This document shows positions 1 through 13,633 of a stretch of DNA of 64,000 nt, one piece after another (the stretch's first letter is position 1; every line of letters begins with the position of its first letter). The notes under the pieces were generated by a model that saw nothing but the letters and a program-made list of their open reading frames with translations, did not search any database and was not told the origin of the DNA. This stretch comes from Amoebophrya sp. A120 (taxonomy: Eukaryota; Protista; Dinoflagellata), in NCBI GenBank assembly GCA_905178155.1, contig CAJINV010000002.1, positions 3,539,838 to 3,603,837 of the forward strand, read 5' to 3'. Position numbers and translations under genes: made by a program.

Positions 1-140
1 CAGAGAAAACCTGTCATGCGTGGCTTGTAAGGGAAAACACACCTGAAAAGAGGACTTCATGGCTGTCTGGCATGACAGGCGTAACTCTGTTGCATGTTCT
101 GCAACACAAATTTACACTTACACAGTTTTTTTCTTGCATA
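1..140. mobile_element. introner, family F (partial)
   Basis: 3' TIR ACACAGTTTTTTTCTTGCATA matches the 60667 element. Confidence 0.8.
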
Positions 141-144
141 GGCG

Positions 145-1158
145 GTCGCGGAGCGACCGCCCGTGGAGGAAGACGGTGGGGACTTGAAACTGCATCTACT
201 TCCACAGACTACGACTAATAGTGCTGCAACTGCTGGTGGAAAATCAAAAACCAAAAAAATCATCCGCGTTGCCCCCATCGCATATGGACTGCAAAAGTAT
301 CGTACTCGTATAAATGCATCACAAATTTTCTCAGCATGAGAAATAAAATTTGCCATGCGGATTTGCCTTAAGACAAAGATTTGTAATGCATATATACGAA
401 TACGATACTTTTGCACAGGATATCGCGGGACGAGTCGCGATTTTCCGAGCTGATCTCACCGAGCACGAGGTTTGTCCGGTATGCACTGCAAAAATGTCAG
501 GGTCTTGAAGGATGCGAGTCTGTCACGCTTGTCTGGCATGACTCTGAAATCTGTGTTGCACGAGCAGGAACAGGGCCTCTTGCCTGTCATGCAAAAACGC
601 AGTTTGTCATGCGGAAAATGAGACACGTAGCAGCTTAAAAACTTGTCATGCTTAGCTGCGTACTGCAGTCGTGTGCCTGTCATTCACAGATTTGCATCAC
701 AACTTTCCAGAGGACCCAGAGATATTTGCAGAGGATATCCGGTGCTGAACAGCAAGAAGAACCGGTATTCGTTCCTCGTCTGGTATTTCCAGAGGGAGGA
801 AAGAATGAAGAAATTGTTTGGCGACAAGGATGGTGGCCGTTCCGCGGAAATGAATCCTAGAAACACTGACTACTTGACGAAAAGTTCCGGGGTGTCAGAA
901 TCGGTCGAGAGGGAAGCGCGGGACCTGGTACAGAAAGTGTATAATAATAACGGCAGCAGTGGTGGAACAGCAGCCGCCTTGAATCAGCTTGCGTTTAAAA
1001 AGTACTCGCCGAAAGTACGGAAACTTGCGGGGGAGATTTTGATGCTGAAATCTGCATCTGCTACAGGAGCGGAAGCAAACAGTCATGACCTTTGGATTAC
1101 GGAGGAGGAGATTGTGAACGCCAGGGCAGGAATTGCCACGATGGGCAGGAAATCTTGA
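145..1158 (+). CDS. 2OG-Fe(II) oxygenase, EGLN/prolyl-4-hydroxylase-like (3' part; exons ~145-281, 427-478, 742-1158)
   Basis: Removing two introners gives GGDLKLH...IRVAPIAGRVAIFRADLTEHEVCPVLNSKKNRYSFLVWYF, the C-terminal HEVxP...R...W motif of this family. The 5' end lies outside the window. Confidence 0.8.
283..422. mobile_element. introner, family A (TGCAAAAGTATCG TIR)
   Basis: TAT..ATA ends; DR TCGCA/TCGCG. Confidence 0.92.
480..737. mobile_element. introner, family B (ATGTCTGGGTCTGGAA TIR)
   Basis: DR TCCGG/TCCGG. Confidence 0.9.
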
Positions 1159-2443
1159 AAAATTAATTGAACTCATCGATGAAGACATCAAATTATTTGT
1201 GCCAGACGTGTCTGTCTTGAATTTCCATTTTGAAACTCGTCTGATCTTTTGCTGCCACACAACCACGAGAACGGTTTTGCTACGCAACTGTAAATTAAGT
1301 ATAGTTTTACTTACTTTTTGCTTGATCGACGAGGACCTAGCGCACTGCGAATTGCGAATTGCGAGATGCAAAAAATTCCAAGTTATTTCTACCTCAATCC
1401 CGTTCCTTCACCCTGTTAGGAACAAAGAAGCGTTAGGATGTAATCATGATCCGTGACGCCCCGACGCGACAAGAAATATTGACACATAAAGCTCATCCAA
1501 GATCATCCGTTCTTTCCTTTTCCGTTCGACAGATTTTTTCGCAACATGCAATGATACTGATGCGAGCACGAAAAGCTCATTTATTCAGATCCTAACTACT
1601 CGAGTAAGGCTCTACTTCTGGTGGTAGGTTGCGCGTGGAGCAGCAGCTGCACTCCATAGGATCACAAAAATGGTCTACCTGCTCTAGTTGCATCTGATTT
1701 TTCCTCTCGATGTTGAAGCTCTTAGCGACTTATTTTCCTTTTTTCTCTTTTTGCAAACGATCGTCCGCAGCGATTTGATGTTTTAGTATTGCTTAGAAGT
1801 GAAAAAAAGACTTGTTATGCTCGATAATTGTTCATGATCTCGCGTATTAGAAACTGCAAGATCACTATACGAATTTGTTTTTAGATCTAGAAGTAGAATC
1901 CTTCCCCTGTGGTATTGTTTCTATTTGTGTTTCACCCTGCGCAAGATCGTGCATAGTTTTCCAGATCTGTTGTTTCACGTCGCATGAACATCACACGTGG
2001 TTCCTGATTAGTAAGTATTCGTTGGCTTCTCGAAGTCGAACAAAAATATTTTTAGATTTCACCCTAACACTCGCTGCTTGAGTTCTTCCTCAACATCGCA
2101 TGCCTGCCCGTACACCTAAAGTAGTACCTAGCCTGCAAAGCACAAGTATCATCAAATTTTCCTACCAAAAAAAAATCTAGTAGCTTTTGTACATGTACTA
2201 TTAGAGGAATTCAGAACTCTGGTAGCCAGATTTGAAGTTAAGTTTCGCCACGATTTCAGGCCTTGTCTGAAAGCAAATCAAAAACCAAAAAAACACATAA
2301 AAAAAAAAGAAAGTCAAAGTTCTTTGTTCATGGCGCATAAATATGAATGACGTTTGGGTCTAACAGTGCGTCGCTGTTCATAAAGAAGAAGAAGGAGAAT
2401 CTGGAATACGAAAAACAAGAAGCCATCTTCAACAAGTAGAACG

Positions 2444-2765
2444 TATCGAAAGGAAAAATCCCCCCTCCCCATATCGAAAACGAAATTTGTGATGCTGTAT
2501 TTGAGGTCACAAATCAGATTTGTCTTGCTGGCGAGGACTGCAGGCCCATATCAGGCCTGAGTAGACAAGTTTTGGCCTAGGCGCTTAGCATGGCAGACGT
2601 CTACGCTGTAGGAGCAACAGCATGACAAACCGCCTGTAGAATGTGGCGGAGCCTGTAGACTTGCCTTCATGCAATACGGCGACGATTTGTGGTCTCAAAT
2701 CTGCATCACAAATTTTCAGAAGTGTCCCGGTTTGGTATGGGGAGGGGGGATTTTTCCTCACAATA
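2444..2765. mobile_element. introner, family C (GGAAAAATCCCCCCTCCCC TIR), no clear host CDS
   Basis: DR GAACG/GAACG; inverted relative to the 15168 copy. Confidence 0.9.
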
Positions 2766-3272
2766 GAACGAGTAGAACAACTACACCAACACCTTCCGTT
2801 TTTACAAAGCGAGAGTTCTCAGCAGTAGGAGGGCAGCAAACACCATCTCCAACTTCCAGTTGTCAGTACCATCAGCATCGGGCTCCAGGGGAAGATTTCC
2901 GTACAAAGTATAGAAAAAAGCAGAAAACCAGTCACCGGTTTTGCAGTTGATAAAAAGACTCCGACAGCCGAAGACATAAATTCTCGTCCTCCGTAGCTCT
3001 ACTACCTAAGCGAGATGAGACGAGAACAAGCAAAATAAGCTAGCAGGCTGTATTTTCCTTTTATCGGTAATATCAACTACGAGTATAAAAACAAAGAGCT
3101 TTTTTTGGCGCAGCAGCTGCGGCGAAACCTTACGAAAAGCGGAAAATCACAAGGAAAGCCAGCACGATCATAAGAGCCGACGAAACAACACGAAGTCTAT
3201 CGAAAGCCGTCGAGCCCAACTCCAAATCCGGATCCGACCGATCACTTGGTGGAGCTGACCACAAGAACGACC

Positions 3273-5907
3273 ATGGCGGCCCAGCACGAATCTGTTCCAG
3301 TGAATCTGGAAGCAGCAGCAACTACTACCATAAAAGCGAGCATCAAGACGAGCGGCCCAAAAGCTAGCGAAGGTGGGCCCGCGTCGTTGAAAATGGAGGA
3401 CGACCTCAACATGGAGGATACGACAACGACCACCACCACGACGACCTCCACATCGTCTCCACAGTTACCCTTCTGCATCACGGAAAACACCGTGAATTTT
3501 CAAAAACGTTTCCCCAACTTCCCCGCCACCACTTGTCTCCACACGGTGATCGGCGGCCGGAAGTCGCAAGAAGACCGGTTCTGCGTCTGTCCGAATTTGA
3601 CGGAGCAGTTGGAGAATGTGCTCTTCATGGGGGTGTTCGACGGCACCGTCGGCCATTTCGCGTCCGACACGGTGAAGGATTTAGTGGTTCCTTTTTTGAA
3701 GCAGACCAGTGAGTACCAATTTCTGGAGCAAAACTGCATTTCAAATCCGGAGTACTGCGAGCAAAACCCGGACCAGGTGCTGAAACTGTTGTCCAAAGCG
3801 TTCAAAAAGATGTATTGGAAATCGGACGAGGAATTGCTGAAGCAAGCCGGAATCCACGAGAAGCACTACGCGAGTTGCACTTCGGTTACCTTGTTGCTAT
3901 TTCAGGATTACGTGTGCGTCGGCCACTTGGGCGATTCCCGGGTCTGTTTGATGTATATCAATGAGGATAATTTGAAACGGTTAGAGGGACTGGGGGTGAA
4001 GAAAGCGGTTTTGGAAGACGGAGAGGGAAAGGAAAACGGCAAAGGTAACAACGACGAAAACCAAAACATGACAGACGGCACTTCTAACAGTTTGACAACT
4101 TCCTCCGACGCCGCGGAGCTGAACAACCAGATGAAAAATTTGAACATCAGCGACAAGAGTTACAACGGGAAAATCCCTGCGCTGGACCCGAAATTTGCCG
4201 CGAAAGATTCGTTCCGAGTCGACACCATCCCGATCAGCAAAGTCGAGTACCTCGTGGAGGGGAATTTCATCACCTCGGACCACAAGCCGGACACGCCGGA
4301 AGAACTATGAAAGTGCACAACTCCCCCTCCCTCTCATTTGTCATGCAAAATACCCAATCCTGAGGATCCTGAGGATTGGATATTTTGCATGACAGGGAGG
4401 ATTCCTCCCTTTGCCTCCTGCTCTTGTTGGCACTGTTTGCATGACAAGTTCTGGTAGCCCAAATAGAACTACAGTCCAGTGCAAATTTGTCATGCAAAAC
4501 CGGCACTCTTGCTGATGCCTGTATTGCCTGCGTTCATGCTATACAAACGAAGGGGGGGGGAGCTGTGCACTTTCATAAGAACGCACAAGGATTGAGAACT
4601 CGGGGGGGTCGGTTGAATATTTACATAACCACCAACACAAGCCGTTCATCCGTGGTGGGGACTTCCAGCAGCGGAAGTTGTTGGGGGAATCTCCGATGCA
4701 ACTCCAGTACAGCAGGGCGTTTGGGGGGAAGGATCTGAAGCCGTTCGGCCTGTCCGGTGATCCGACGGTGAACGTCACCAAGCGGCAGCGGCAGTTTATG
4801 GGGTTCATCCTGGCGTCGGACGGTTTGTGGGACATATGAATTGCAAATATGTCTGGGTCTGTGTTTGTAATGCGAGATCTGAAGGGCAAGAAAATCTGTA
4901 ATTCATGAATACAATTGGCCAGTTTTTTTGTCGTGCTGGATGGCAGTTTGTAATGCTAAACGCGAATGAAGCCGCAATAAGCTGAGGAAAACTTCTCATG
5001 CTGTTTCGCCGTACAAGCAGCCAGTCTGCAATGCAAGTCTCAGCAACGCAAGTTTCTGTTTCCAGACCCAGACATATTTGCTATGCATAGGACGTGTTAG
5101 GGGCGGACTTCGCATCCCGACTCGCGATATCAAATGTAAAAATGTCTGGGTCTGGAATAATGCAAGTGAAGTTTGTCATGCTTGTCTGGCATGACTCGAG
5201 AACCTGTGTTGCATAGGCACGAAAAAGCCCTCTTATCTGTCATGCAAAAACGCAGTTTGCCATGCGCAATAGAATACGTAAGACATGGCAGCCAAAAAAT
5301 TTGTCATGCATAGCTGCGTACTGCAGTGCGTATTCATTCATTTTTAGCATTACAAGTTTCCAGACCCAGACATTTTTGCAGTTGATACGCGACGAAGACG
5401 TTTTTGGAATCGGTGCAGGAAAACGGGTATGCATTGCAAATACGTCTGGGTCTGGAAGGTCGCATCTTGTGATGCTGTCTCTGCATTCTGAAAAAATCTG
5501 TAATGCGTGACCAGCAAGAGGGGTGCAGTTTGTGCTATATGGACGAGAGGGAATTTCTCATGCGGAATAGGCATCAGCAACCCCTTTAAACATCTGTGAT
5601 GCGAGGTTATGCATTACAAGCGTCATGGGTCACGTAAAATCCACATGATAAGTCTTACACTCTTCCAGAGGACCCAGACATATTTGCATTTGATAACGGA
5701 AAAGTAAACACGACGTTCGAGGGGACGGGAGCGGGCTATCCCTGCAAAAACGCCTCCCAGGCGTTAGTTGAGGCGGCGCTCGCGGCGGGGTCGACGGACA
5801 ATATCACGGCGGTGTGCGTCTTCTACGATACGGTGGGAGGAGATATCGGGAAGAGTGGAACTTCGGGTGCTACGCGGGAAAACAAGATCCCCGAGCTATA
5901 CGATTGA
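3273..5907 (+). CDS. PP2C/PPM protein phosphatase (5 exons, 4 introners)
   Basis: Spliced product has GRKSQEDR, GVFDG, HLGDSR, DHKPDTPEERTRIE, SRAFG, ILASDGLWDV and GSTDNITAV in order and in frame. Confidence 0.93.
4306..4577. mobile_element. introner, family D (GTGCACAACTCCCC TIR)
   Basis: DR AGAAC/AGAAC. Confidence 0.92.
4835..5089. mobile_element. introner, family B
   Basis: DR GGACA/GGACG, inside DGLWD|V. Confidence 0.92.
5128..5387. mobile_element. introner, family B
   Basis: DR CGCGA/CGCGA. Confidence 0.92.
5428..5695. mobile_element. introner, family B
   Basis: DR ACGGG/ACGGA. Confidence 0.92.
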
Positions 5908-8900
5908 GGAGTGAATGAAATCAGACGGAACTTCAACTTGATTTTATTATTGCACACTACAGTATTGAAAACTACTTTATGTTTTATCTCGACAAAAAAT
6001 TTTCTATAACCTCCATTTTATCACAAGCTTGGCAAAAATCATGTGTGATCTTTTACTTCTACTTCTTCCCTTGTTAATGCCACTCCTGGGGTCCTTCCAG
6101 AACTTTTCTGGACAATATCGAAAACTTGTACTTGCCAGCAAAACAAATTGAAGCAGGAATGAAACTCTTCTCGCTGCTCAGAACTCTACTTCATTACACA
6201 GAAGGGACTAACAACTCGCTTCAATTCCACTGCAATTTGCCCACGTGTCCAGAATTTACAAAAATCGATGTTGAAAAAAAAAGCGGGACACTTTAGGGGA
6301 GTGAGACATCTTCTAGGGATCAAAACGAATTTCTACAAACTGCTACGTCTACTTCTGGTTGTCACTTCTTGATGATTTACAGAGAGTAGGCCTAGGCAAC
6401 GACATGAGATATAATTTCACGACAAAAACAGATATGTTTCAGCACCTCCACACAATAAAAGTACGACGCTATTGCAGTATGATAGCGCCGTTCTTTTGAC
6501 AACTCTGTCGTGGCAAGAAGAACAAACTCTATAATGCGAGCGACGAGCTTTACCACTTCTCAGAACACGACCTCAAAAAAAATGAAAATCACGCCTTTGC
6601 TATTTCGCCTCAACTGTAGTGACCCGTACGCCCTTTGAATAAACGCAGCTCGTTTTTTTTGCCGGATTTACTTTGAAACGCTACCTCAAACTTAGTTTAT
6701 TTTCTTTTCCTCGACAAGCGAAAGCGATCTCTTTTTCACGTGCAGGAAGGTCTCAACTTTTTCGCAAAAAGGAGAATGTGACAGACATTTATCAGTCACG
6801 TTCTTCGTCAAAAAAAAAAATAACGACTTATTTTCTTGTTGCCAATTATTATGCACTCTTCTCTTTTTCCGACCGTGGGAAAAATCAAGATTAAGATTGT
6901 TGTTGGCACAGGATCATTTCCTTCGTACGTAGTAACAATAGCGGAAGATGAAGCTGAGTACCGTACTGGTACTTGACTTTCATTTCAGTTATCTTCATTA
7001 TACGAAACTTTTCACCTCCAGCTACTAGACACCTGTCATCCGACAGGAAAATCAGAGGGCGAAGAAGAACCCCCGATGTCAACCGCCAAAGAAGAATGCA
7101 AGTACTATGAAGATGAATTTATTAGTCGAACTTTTTTTTATTGTTATTTCCTTCCCCCAATTTTAATCTCGAAATGTTGATCCCAAAAATATGAGAATAA
7201 AGCATCTGTAGTATAGTGCTGCACCCTTAATATTCACTGCTTGTCATGATGTCATGTCAAGCCTTGGAAATTATCGATCAATGATAGTTAGATGTTGAGG
7301 ACTGCTTCAGCAAAGATTGATCATTCACTTTGGGCGGCCGATAGAACAAGAAGAGACGCAAAATAGGAGTCGCGTCTTTTCTCCTTCGGTCCTCACGAAG
7401 ATGGAAGACCGAGGGACACCCACGAAATATGATAATGAACTGTCGATAAATACTCTTTTCTCCTACTCGTACAGCATTCAAGTCTACTAGTGTGCTAGAC
7501 CACGACACACAGCCGGAGCCCTAGTATGACGAGATTTATTTTCATCAATGGTTGATGCTGTAGTAACAACGCTAATCGCTCAATGGAGTGAAGGGATTAT
7601 TTTTATACCCCAATACAGAAATAACAACATAGCGAATGAAGCAGCGGCACAAGCCCAACAAGTCAACTTCTGTTGAACATTGATGAAAATCAGCTTGCAT
7701 TTTGAAAATCCCAAAGACAAAGCGACCACCCCCCCTTTCTGATGTATACAACCTTTCAATAAATGAGGCGAAAAATTGAAGATTGCTACGTACATCCCAG
7801 TCGCGGCGATAATTCTTGCAGGAGGTCCTATAATTTTTTCCACCAGGATCGATAACGACAAACAACACCATCTAAAAACACCGCAACGTGAAAAGAGAAA
7901 CTACCTCACAGTTATTTCTCTTGATCGTATTTGACACGGTACTACAAGCACAACTAGCGAAGCTCGAGCACAGTATTTGAGAACAAGGACAAAAAATAGT
8001 ACTGTATGCGACGATAACGACAGCACGTGTTTGATTTATCGTTCGACTATGATAAACGAGAAAAACAGGTCATCGTATCAGGAGGAGCGTACAGATATAA
8101 GATCCTAATACTAGACCAATCTATCATGCTTTATCTACCGAAAATTATCGGTAATGATTTCCGCATGATAGTATCAGTATCCGGGAAGAGGATACATCTC
8201 GGAGGAAGAGAAGCCAAGATGCAGATGAGGTCGACTTCGTCGATCTCACTGCAAGAAAACGATTGATGGCGTCAAATACGAAAATTGATGTCCTTTACGA
8301 TCAACTCCTCCATTTGTGATTTCACTTTATTTGAAAAATCAGCGAAGCAGCTTTTGCGCGGCAGGCAGGTCGCATTTACTTTGGCGGCACCGCGCGCTCC
8401 TGTGTTCATCATGCAATCAGTCTGATGTTCTGAGTCTCATAGCCAGACTCCTTGATCTCTCACTCTGTCTCTGCCTAATAGGCAAAAAATAAATCTGCTT
8501 GTACGAAGAGAGACTACTAAGAGAGGCGTTTTGATTTTGTTCCGATTATGGCTTTGAAAAATTACGAGCGAGATTGAACCACAATTCGGACATGTATAAT
8601 GTTGTGATTGAACCATTCGATTCATCCCAAGAGAGAGGGTGCCACGACATCCTGAACAGTCTGTCGGTCTTTATTTGTGTCCACTTTGATAGACTCGTGT
8701 TTGACTAGTACATTCGTGCGATTGCATGTAATTCTCAATTTCATGATGTACATTGTAAGTGCTTGCATATCATCAAAACAGCTCTACCCCGCCGAAATTA
8801 TCCCCTTGACCTAGCTACCCCCATCACGACCACCATTGTGCTTGTTCTGTGCCATTTCTCTCGACGAGAAGTCATGACGTGCTATTTAATGATATTGTAA

Positions 8901-8973
8901 AAGAGCTTGAGCTTAGTAAAGAAGTTGCACGGCACCACCCGTAGTTTATTTACCCGAGTAGAAATTTTATCAA

Positions 8974-11335
8974 ATGTCCGGTGGTGGCACTTCGGTCGCG
9001 GTCGTTGTCGCGACTTCCCGCCGCCGGGGCGGCCCCGACTCGGTGGCACCTATCGGTGCAAATAGCAGAAGTCTCTGCGGCTGCCTCCCCAAATGGCTGC
9101 TTCCAAGAAGACAGGTGGTGAAAAAGCAGAGTCTGCTACGGAGCAGTGCCGGGAGGGGGAGTGCGGAGGAAGCGGAATTAGTGCAAGTGGTTCCGGATTT
9201 TGCGGTAGCAGGGACGGTCGCGACGGTGTCGACCAACGCGGGAGAGGGAACTACGGTGCTGTCTACTACGGCTAGCGCAGACTCTACAACAGCAGGAGAT
9301 GGAGGAGCGACAAGACAACAAGCCGCAGGAGGTGGTGCGTCAGCATCTTCAACCACAGGAGCACGAGAATCCGCTGCAGAAAAAGTCGATGGAGCTAAAG
9401 ATGGAAAAATACAGGTTTTCAGGTTTCACTCCGCCGTCTCCGAAGATTTGTTCGCCGAAGCGCAGCAAGAGGGCGAGGCGAGGAAGTCAGACGGCAGGCA
9501 AGAACCAATTTCACCACCGCTAGTATCCTGTGCAAAAGTATCGCGCTCGTACTAATTGCAAACATGCATGACAAATCTTCTTCCTAAGGTAAAACAGCAT
9601 TACAAATTCCACTTTTCTTCTTGACAAAATTTGTATTGCAAATTTTCTACTGATGCGATACTTTTGCAATGCATAAACGCCAAAACCAGACGACATTTTA
9701 CTGAAAGCGGTGAAGAAATCTTCGACCAGAAACCGGCTATCCAGGACGGAAATGGAGAACCAAATCCCGTTTTTAACAGCAGAACAGCAAGGACTTTTCG
9801 AAAACGATCCGTATCCTGTGGAAAAACGTCCCCACACCAGAGTTGTGATGCAAATGCGCAATGACAGGAACATTTGTAATGTGCATCTCCATGAGAGGCA
9901 TTTGTTCCAATTGTGTTTTGGCATTTGTAATGCTGTAAACAGGTTGAGAAAATGGTTTTTTTATGCGGCTACCCTTGCTAACCCCAGCTACACACACTGT
10001 AGATGGAAACTTGTCATGTACAACTCCCAAAACTTGAACATTTGTGTTGCAGATTTAGCAACTTGACTATGGGGTGGGGACGTTTTTGCTTCGGATAATC
10101 CGTCAGTCATCTTCATTTTAACAAGAAGTAAGAACCTAAACACGATCGTTTACAGAGAACTTGACTGGAAGAGTACAGAGAAACAACCACCAGCATCAAG
10201 CACATCAGCGACAACTCCTTCTTCCTCCTCTTCCCCCAACAGGTATGGCAGCGTGAGAAAGAGCACAACCAGCACTAGTCCTCCGAGTTTTCTGAGAAAT
10301 CAAAACGCCGCGGCTTGGAACAGCAAGAACTACAAACCGTTGGAGGTTTTCTGGCAAAGATTTGCGGACGAAGGGCAGCGGAAGCCGTTGACGTTCGTCG
10401 AACGAACCGCCGCCTTTGGGATCAAATCGCAAACAAGGATAAAATACGCCGACACAGCAACATCCACGCCGGACGGAGGGGCGCTGACCTTCTGGGACAT
10501 CAGATTAGCCGCGAAAACGTCTATTCCTTTCACGCTGAGGCAAGTAATACCTCCCGGGGACGTGGGAGATAAAGATCTTAGTAGCGCTGGGAAAGCAACA
10601 ACAGCAACAGCAGGAACATCATCTTCTGAAGCATCTGCCCCGACCAGGACACTACTGTATACCACGGTGAATGACAGCACGGTGATCATTATCAACTGTA
10701 AAAATGTCTGGGTCTGGAAGAGTCATGCTGTTTTTGCATGACACAGAAGGTCTGGCATGGAAGCTGTAGCATCACAGGTTTCGAGAACCTTCCGCAATGC
10801 CGAATCCGCATGACAAGTCCCCTATTTTGCTGACAAAAAGTGGGAGCTTTTGCTGCGTATGCATGAGAGACACTTCCGTGTTCTGAAATACGCATTACAA
10901 GTTGCATTTTTCCAGACCCAGACATTTTTACATTTGATAATCATCTTTCGCATCCACGTGGTTGCGAACGGGTTTAAGGTACGCATGGCAAATATGTCTG
11001 GGTCTGGAATAAAAATGGAACCTGTATTGCGTGTCTTGCACGTCTGTCAAATCTGTATTGCATGACCAAGAAAATAAGCCCGATCTCTTTTGTCATGCAA
11101 AAACGCAGTTTCTGATGCGTGCTACGCATGAGGAAGTAGCGTCCTAAAAATTTGTCATGCTTGGCTGCACTCAGGGGTACGCTCAACCACCGCCACTCAG
11201 CATTACAAGTTTCCAGACCCAGACATATTTGCACATGCATATGAGGTTTCAAACGTCTTCCTATACGGGTATGATCCGGAAACAAGGCGAATAGAGGTCG
11301 AAGATGTTTATAACAGGAGGATCGTTTCTAAATAG
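8974..11335 (+). CDS. DUF4833-domain protein with low-complexity N-terminus (4 introners)
   Basis: Spliced product contains IFILTRSKNLNTIVY, PLEVFW...GQRKPLTFVERTAAFGI and VFLYGYDPET, which resemble DUF4833. The frame is continuous after introner removal. Confidence 0.7.
9524..9675. mobile_element. introner, family A (reverse orientation, DR lost)
   Basis: TIRs intact; flanks GCTAG/AACGC; frame restored by -1/+4 removal. Confidence 0.88.
9812..10097. mobile_element. introner, family E (AAAACGTCCCCAC TIR)
   Basis: DR ATCCG/ATCCG. Confidence 0.9.
10690..10939. mobile_element. introner, family B
   Basis: DR ATCAT/ATCAT. Confidence 0.92.
10980..11241. mobile_element. introner, family B (TAC start; predicted intron has GT-AG ends)
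   Basis: DR TAAGG/TGAGG. Confidence 0.88.
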
Positions 11336-12226
11336 TTATAAGTTTTTCAACAGAAATTTATCATGCCGTGCTAGTGTTACCACCACTTCTAGATGATCCT
11401 GGTACAGCAGCAGTCGGTTTGCTGTCATAGCGGGCTTTGTCGGACACTCGTTCGGTTCTCGCTACGCTGCTATCAACCAAATTTCGCCGTCGCGAACGCG
11501 CATTTATTAACAGCCGTGAGCATTGGTTCTGCTTCATGGTCATGGATTTTTTACTTCATCTCGAGAATCATGCAAAAATGCAAGATGTTGCTGCAGTTTC
11601 AGCAACGCCGCATACGAGTGACCGATTCCGTGTTCTCCGCTTTGTTATTGTTGATAACATTTCGAGACTGAAATTGCAATCTCCGCCGTGCGTAGGTATA
11701 TCTTTTTGCAGAAATGCGGTCGCTTGAAAAAAACATTCGGTCAGCAGTCGGTCTCTCGCTCCTTTTCAACTACGTGGTAGCGGATTTCATCACTACAGAA
11801 ACTTCATTTATTGTTCAACTCGGTCTAGATAGAAGCAGTGCTTGTTTCTATTGCAAATTGTATTGTATTGGATCCGGTTTCTGTTGCAAATAGAAATACA
11901 CAACATCAAAATCTTCGTGCCATTACGAAGCGTCTTCGCCAGGTCTTAGAGTTAATAGAGCCTCGATCTGCATAGTCTGTGCGCTCAGAGCTGCACAAGC
12001 AACCCGTAGCTCCGACTAGACTTGACAAAGTTTTATTTTGCGCGCATACGCACGACCCACGCAATTGACTTTTTTGCTTTACGCATACGCAGTACATGAA
12101 ATTCGAACTTCTCGTCTCTTCTGCTTATCGCTCTACAGCGAGTATTGTGGTTATGGTTATGGTTTGACTTTGCGCTACAATCACCTTCGTCGTACTTGAT
12201 CTTTATCCCAAGTAAAACTGCACACC

Positions 12227-13042
12227 ATGACGAGTTCTCCCCCAGAAGTAGAATGTTGCACAACTCTACGCCGGGCCGCGATACCCTACGCGCAACCAAA
12301 TCTAGTCATCAGACCGACTCCACTCATGCCAAAAAAAGTCCCGTACGTCTTCGCGACGTCCCGGAACATCCCCTTGACGAAAGACGAACTGGCCAAACTC
12401 CCAAAACTGGGTTCCATGCAGCCCGCCCACCCGCAGAGAGTGGACAATACCAAGCCGAAGACGAAGCAGCTGGCGGTCGTGCAGGAAATTCTGGCAGGAA
12501 GGGAGCACCATCAATCACTATCACAGGCGAAAAAGAAAGAAGGAGGTAAGGAGCAACAAGAATTGGGTGAATTGCTAAAAAAACGCGACGATACGGACTT
12601 ACTGCTTTGGTCGTTAGATTCCTCATTCGTTTCAGACAGGAGTTGCGGCGCGTGGACGGCAGACAAGATGCTAATGAAAGTTTGGCGGTCGAAAATGCTG
12701 AGAAATGACGCCAGCTGGGACATGCTGATGCTGCAAGGCAAGAATGTCGGAGTTGATAAAGTCACACCGGGTTGTAAGAGGGCCGCGCTGGTGGCGCAAA
12801 GGAACAAGGGGCAAGAGAGGGAGGATCAGGGCCGCCCCCTCTCTGGTGCGAAGCAAGCTACAGCACCGGCTTCTGCGGAAGCTGCAGCATCCTCTACAAC
12901 GATGGATGAGAACAGAACACAAATTGAGCGCTTGATTTATAAGCCGTTTACACGGACCAAAAGACCAGTCCATTACGATGAAAATTTCAAGGTACCCCGC
13001 TGCATTCATAATCAGTTCAAATGCTATAGGTGCGGGCTGTGA
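12227..13042 (+). CDS. hypothetical protein, C-terminal Cys/His cluster (CIH...CYRC)
   Basis: 271-aa intronless ORF with coding-like composition on the same strand as its neighbours. Confidence 0.6.
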   Translation: MTSSPPEVECCTTLRRAAIPYAQPNLVIRPTPLMPKKVPYVFATSRNIPLTKDELAKLPKLGSMQPAHPQRVDNTKPKTKQLAVVQEILAGREHHQSLSQAKKKEGGKEQQELGELLKKRDDTDLLLWSLDSSFVSDRSCGAWTADKMLMKVWRSKMLRNDASWDMLMLQGKNVGVDKVTPGCKRAALVAQRNKGQEREDQGRPLSGAKQATAPASAEAAASSTTMDENRTQIERLIYKPFTRTKRPVHYDENFKVPRCIHNQFKCYRCGL

Positions 13043-13633
13043 GTATCGGATTCCAACGCTCGTCCTGGTACAGGAAGAACACCGATTGCATGCTTATGTT
13101 CAGAATGAAAAACTGTGAAACGCATCGCTTCTGCACTCAACTTCGTGAGAAGCACATCGCCCTTCTGTTCTTCAAACTGTATGTTGTTTGAGCAGATCTG
13201 AAACACCAACACGCTGCTTAGTTGATACAGAAGTAGATCAGCTGCGGCTGCAGTCGTGTCTGTCCTGGACAAACTATTTTACCACGGTGCTTAACGTGAT
13301 AGAGAGTGGAGATGGAACTTTCAAGACAAAGCTCGCTTGCTTCCAAAGTACTAGCCGCCTTGATTATACCGGCAGCCAAAAAGAACGCGAAAAGTTATTC
13401 CCCGCGCAACAGTACTCACATACTAGTTCGACCGAAATAGAAAGAAGCAAGGATTTTCTCTTACATTCCTCTCTAGAGATACACTCACCTTCTGTCGTAG
13501 CTAGCTTCCCCTCGTAATAAAGTACCTTTTTCCAGTCCACTCATCAGTAGAGCTAGAGCTACTCCTTTTAGCGTTTCCCTTCATCTCGTCGAATAAACAC
13601 ATTTAGTACAGACAAAACAGCCTTACCAACAAA

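Noticed and set aside
5908-8973. 3-kb AT-rich stretch
   Set aside because: No convincing ORF, RNA gene or repeat seen; treated as intergenic.
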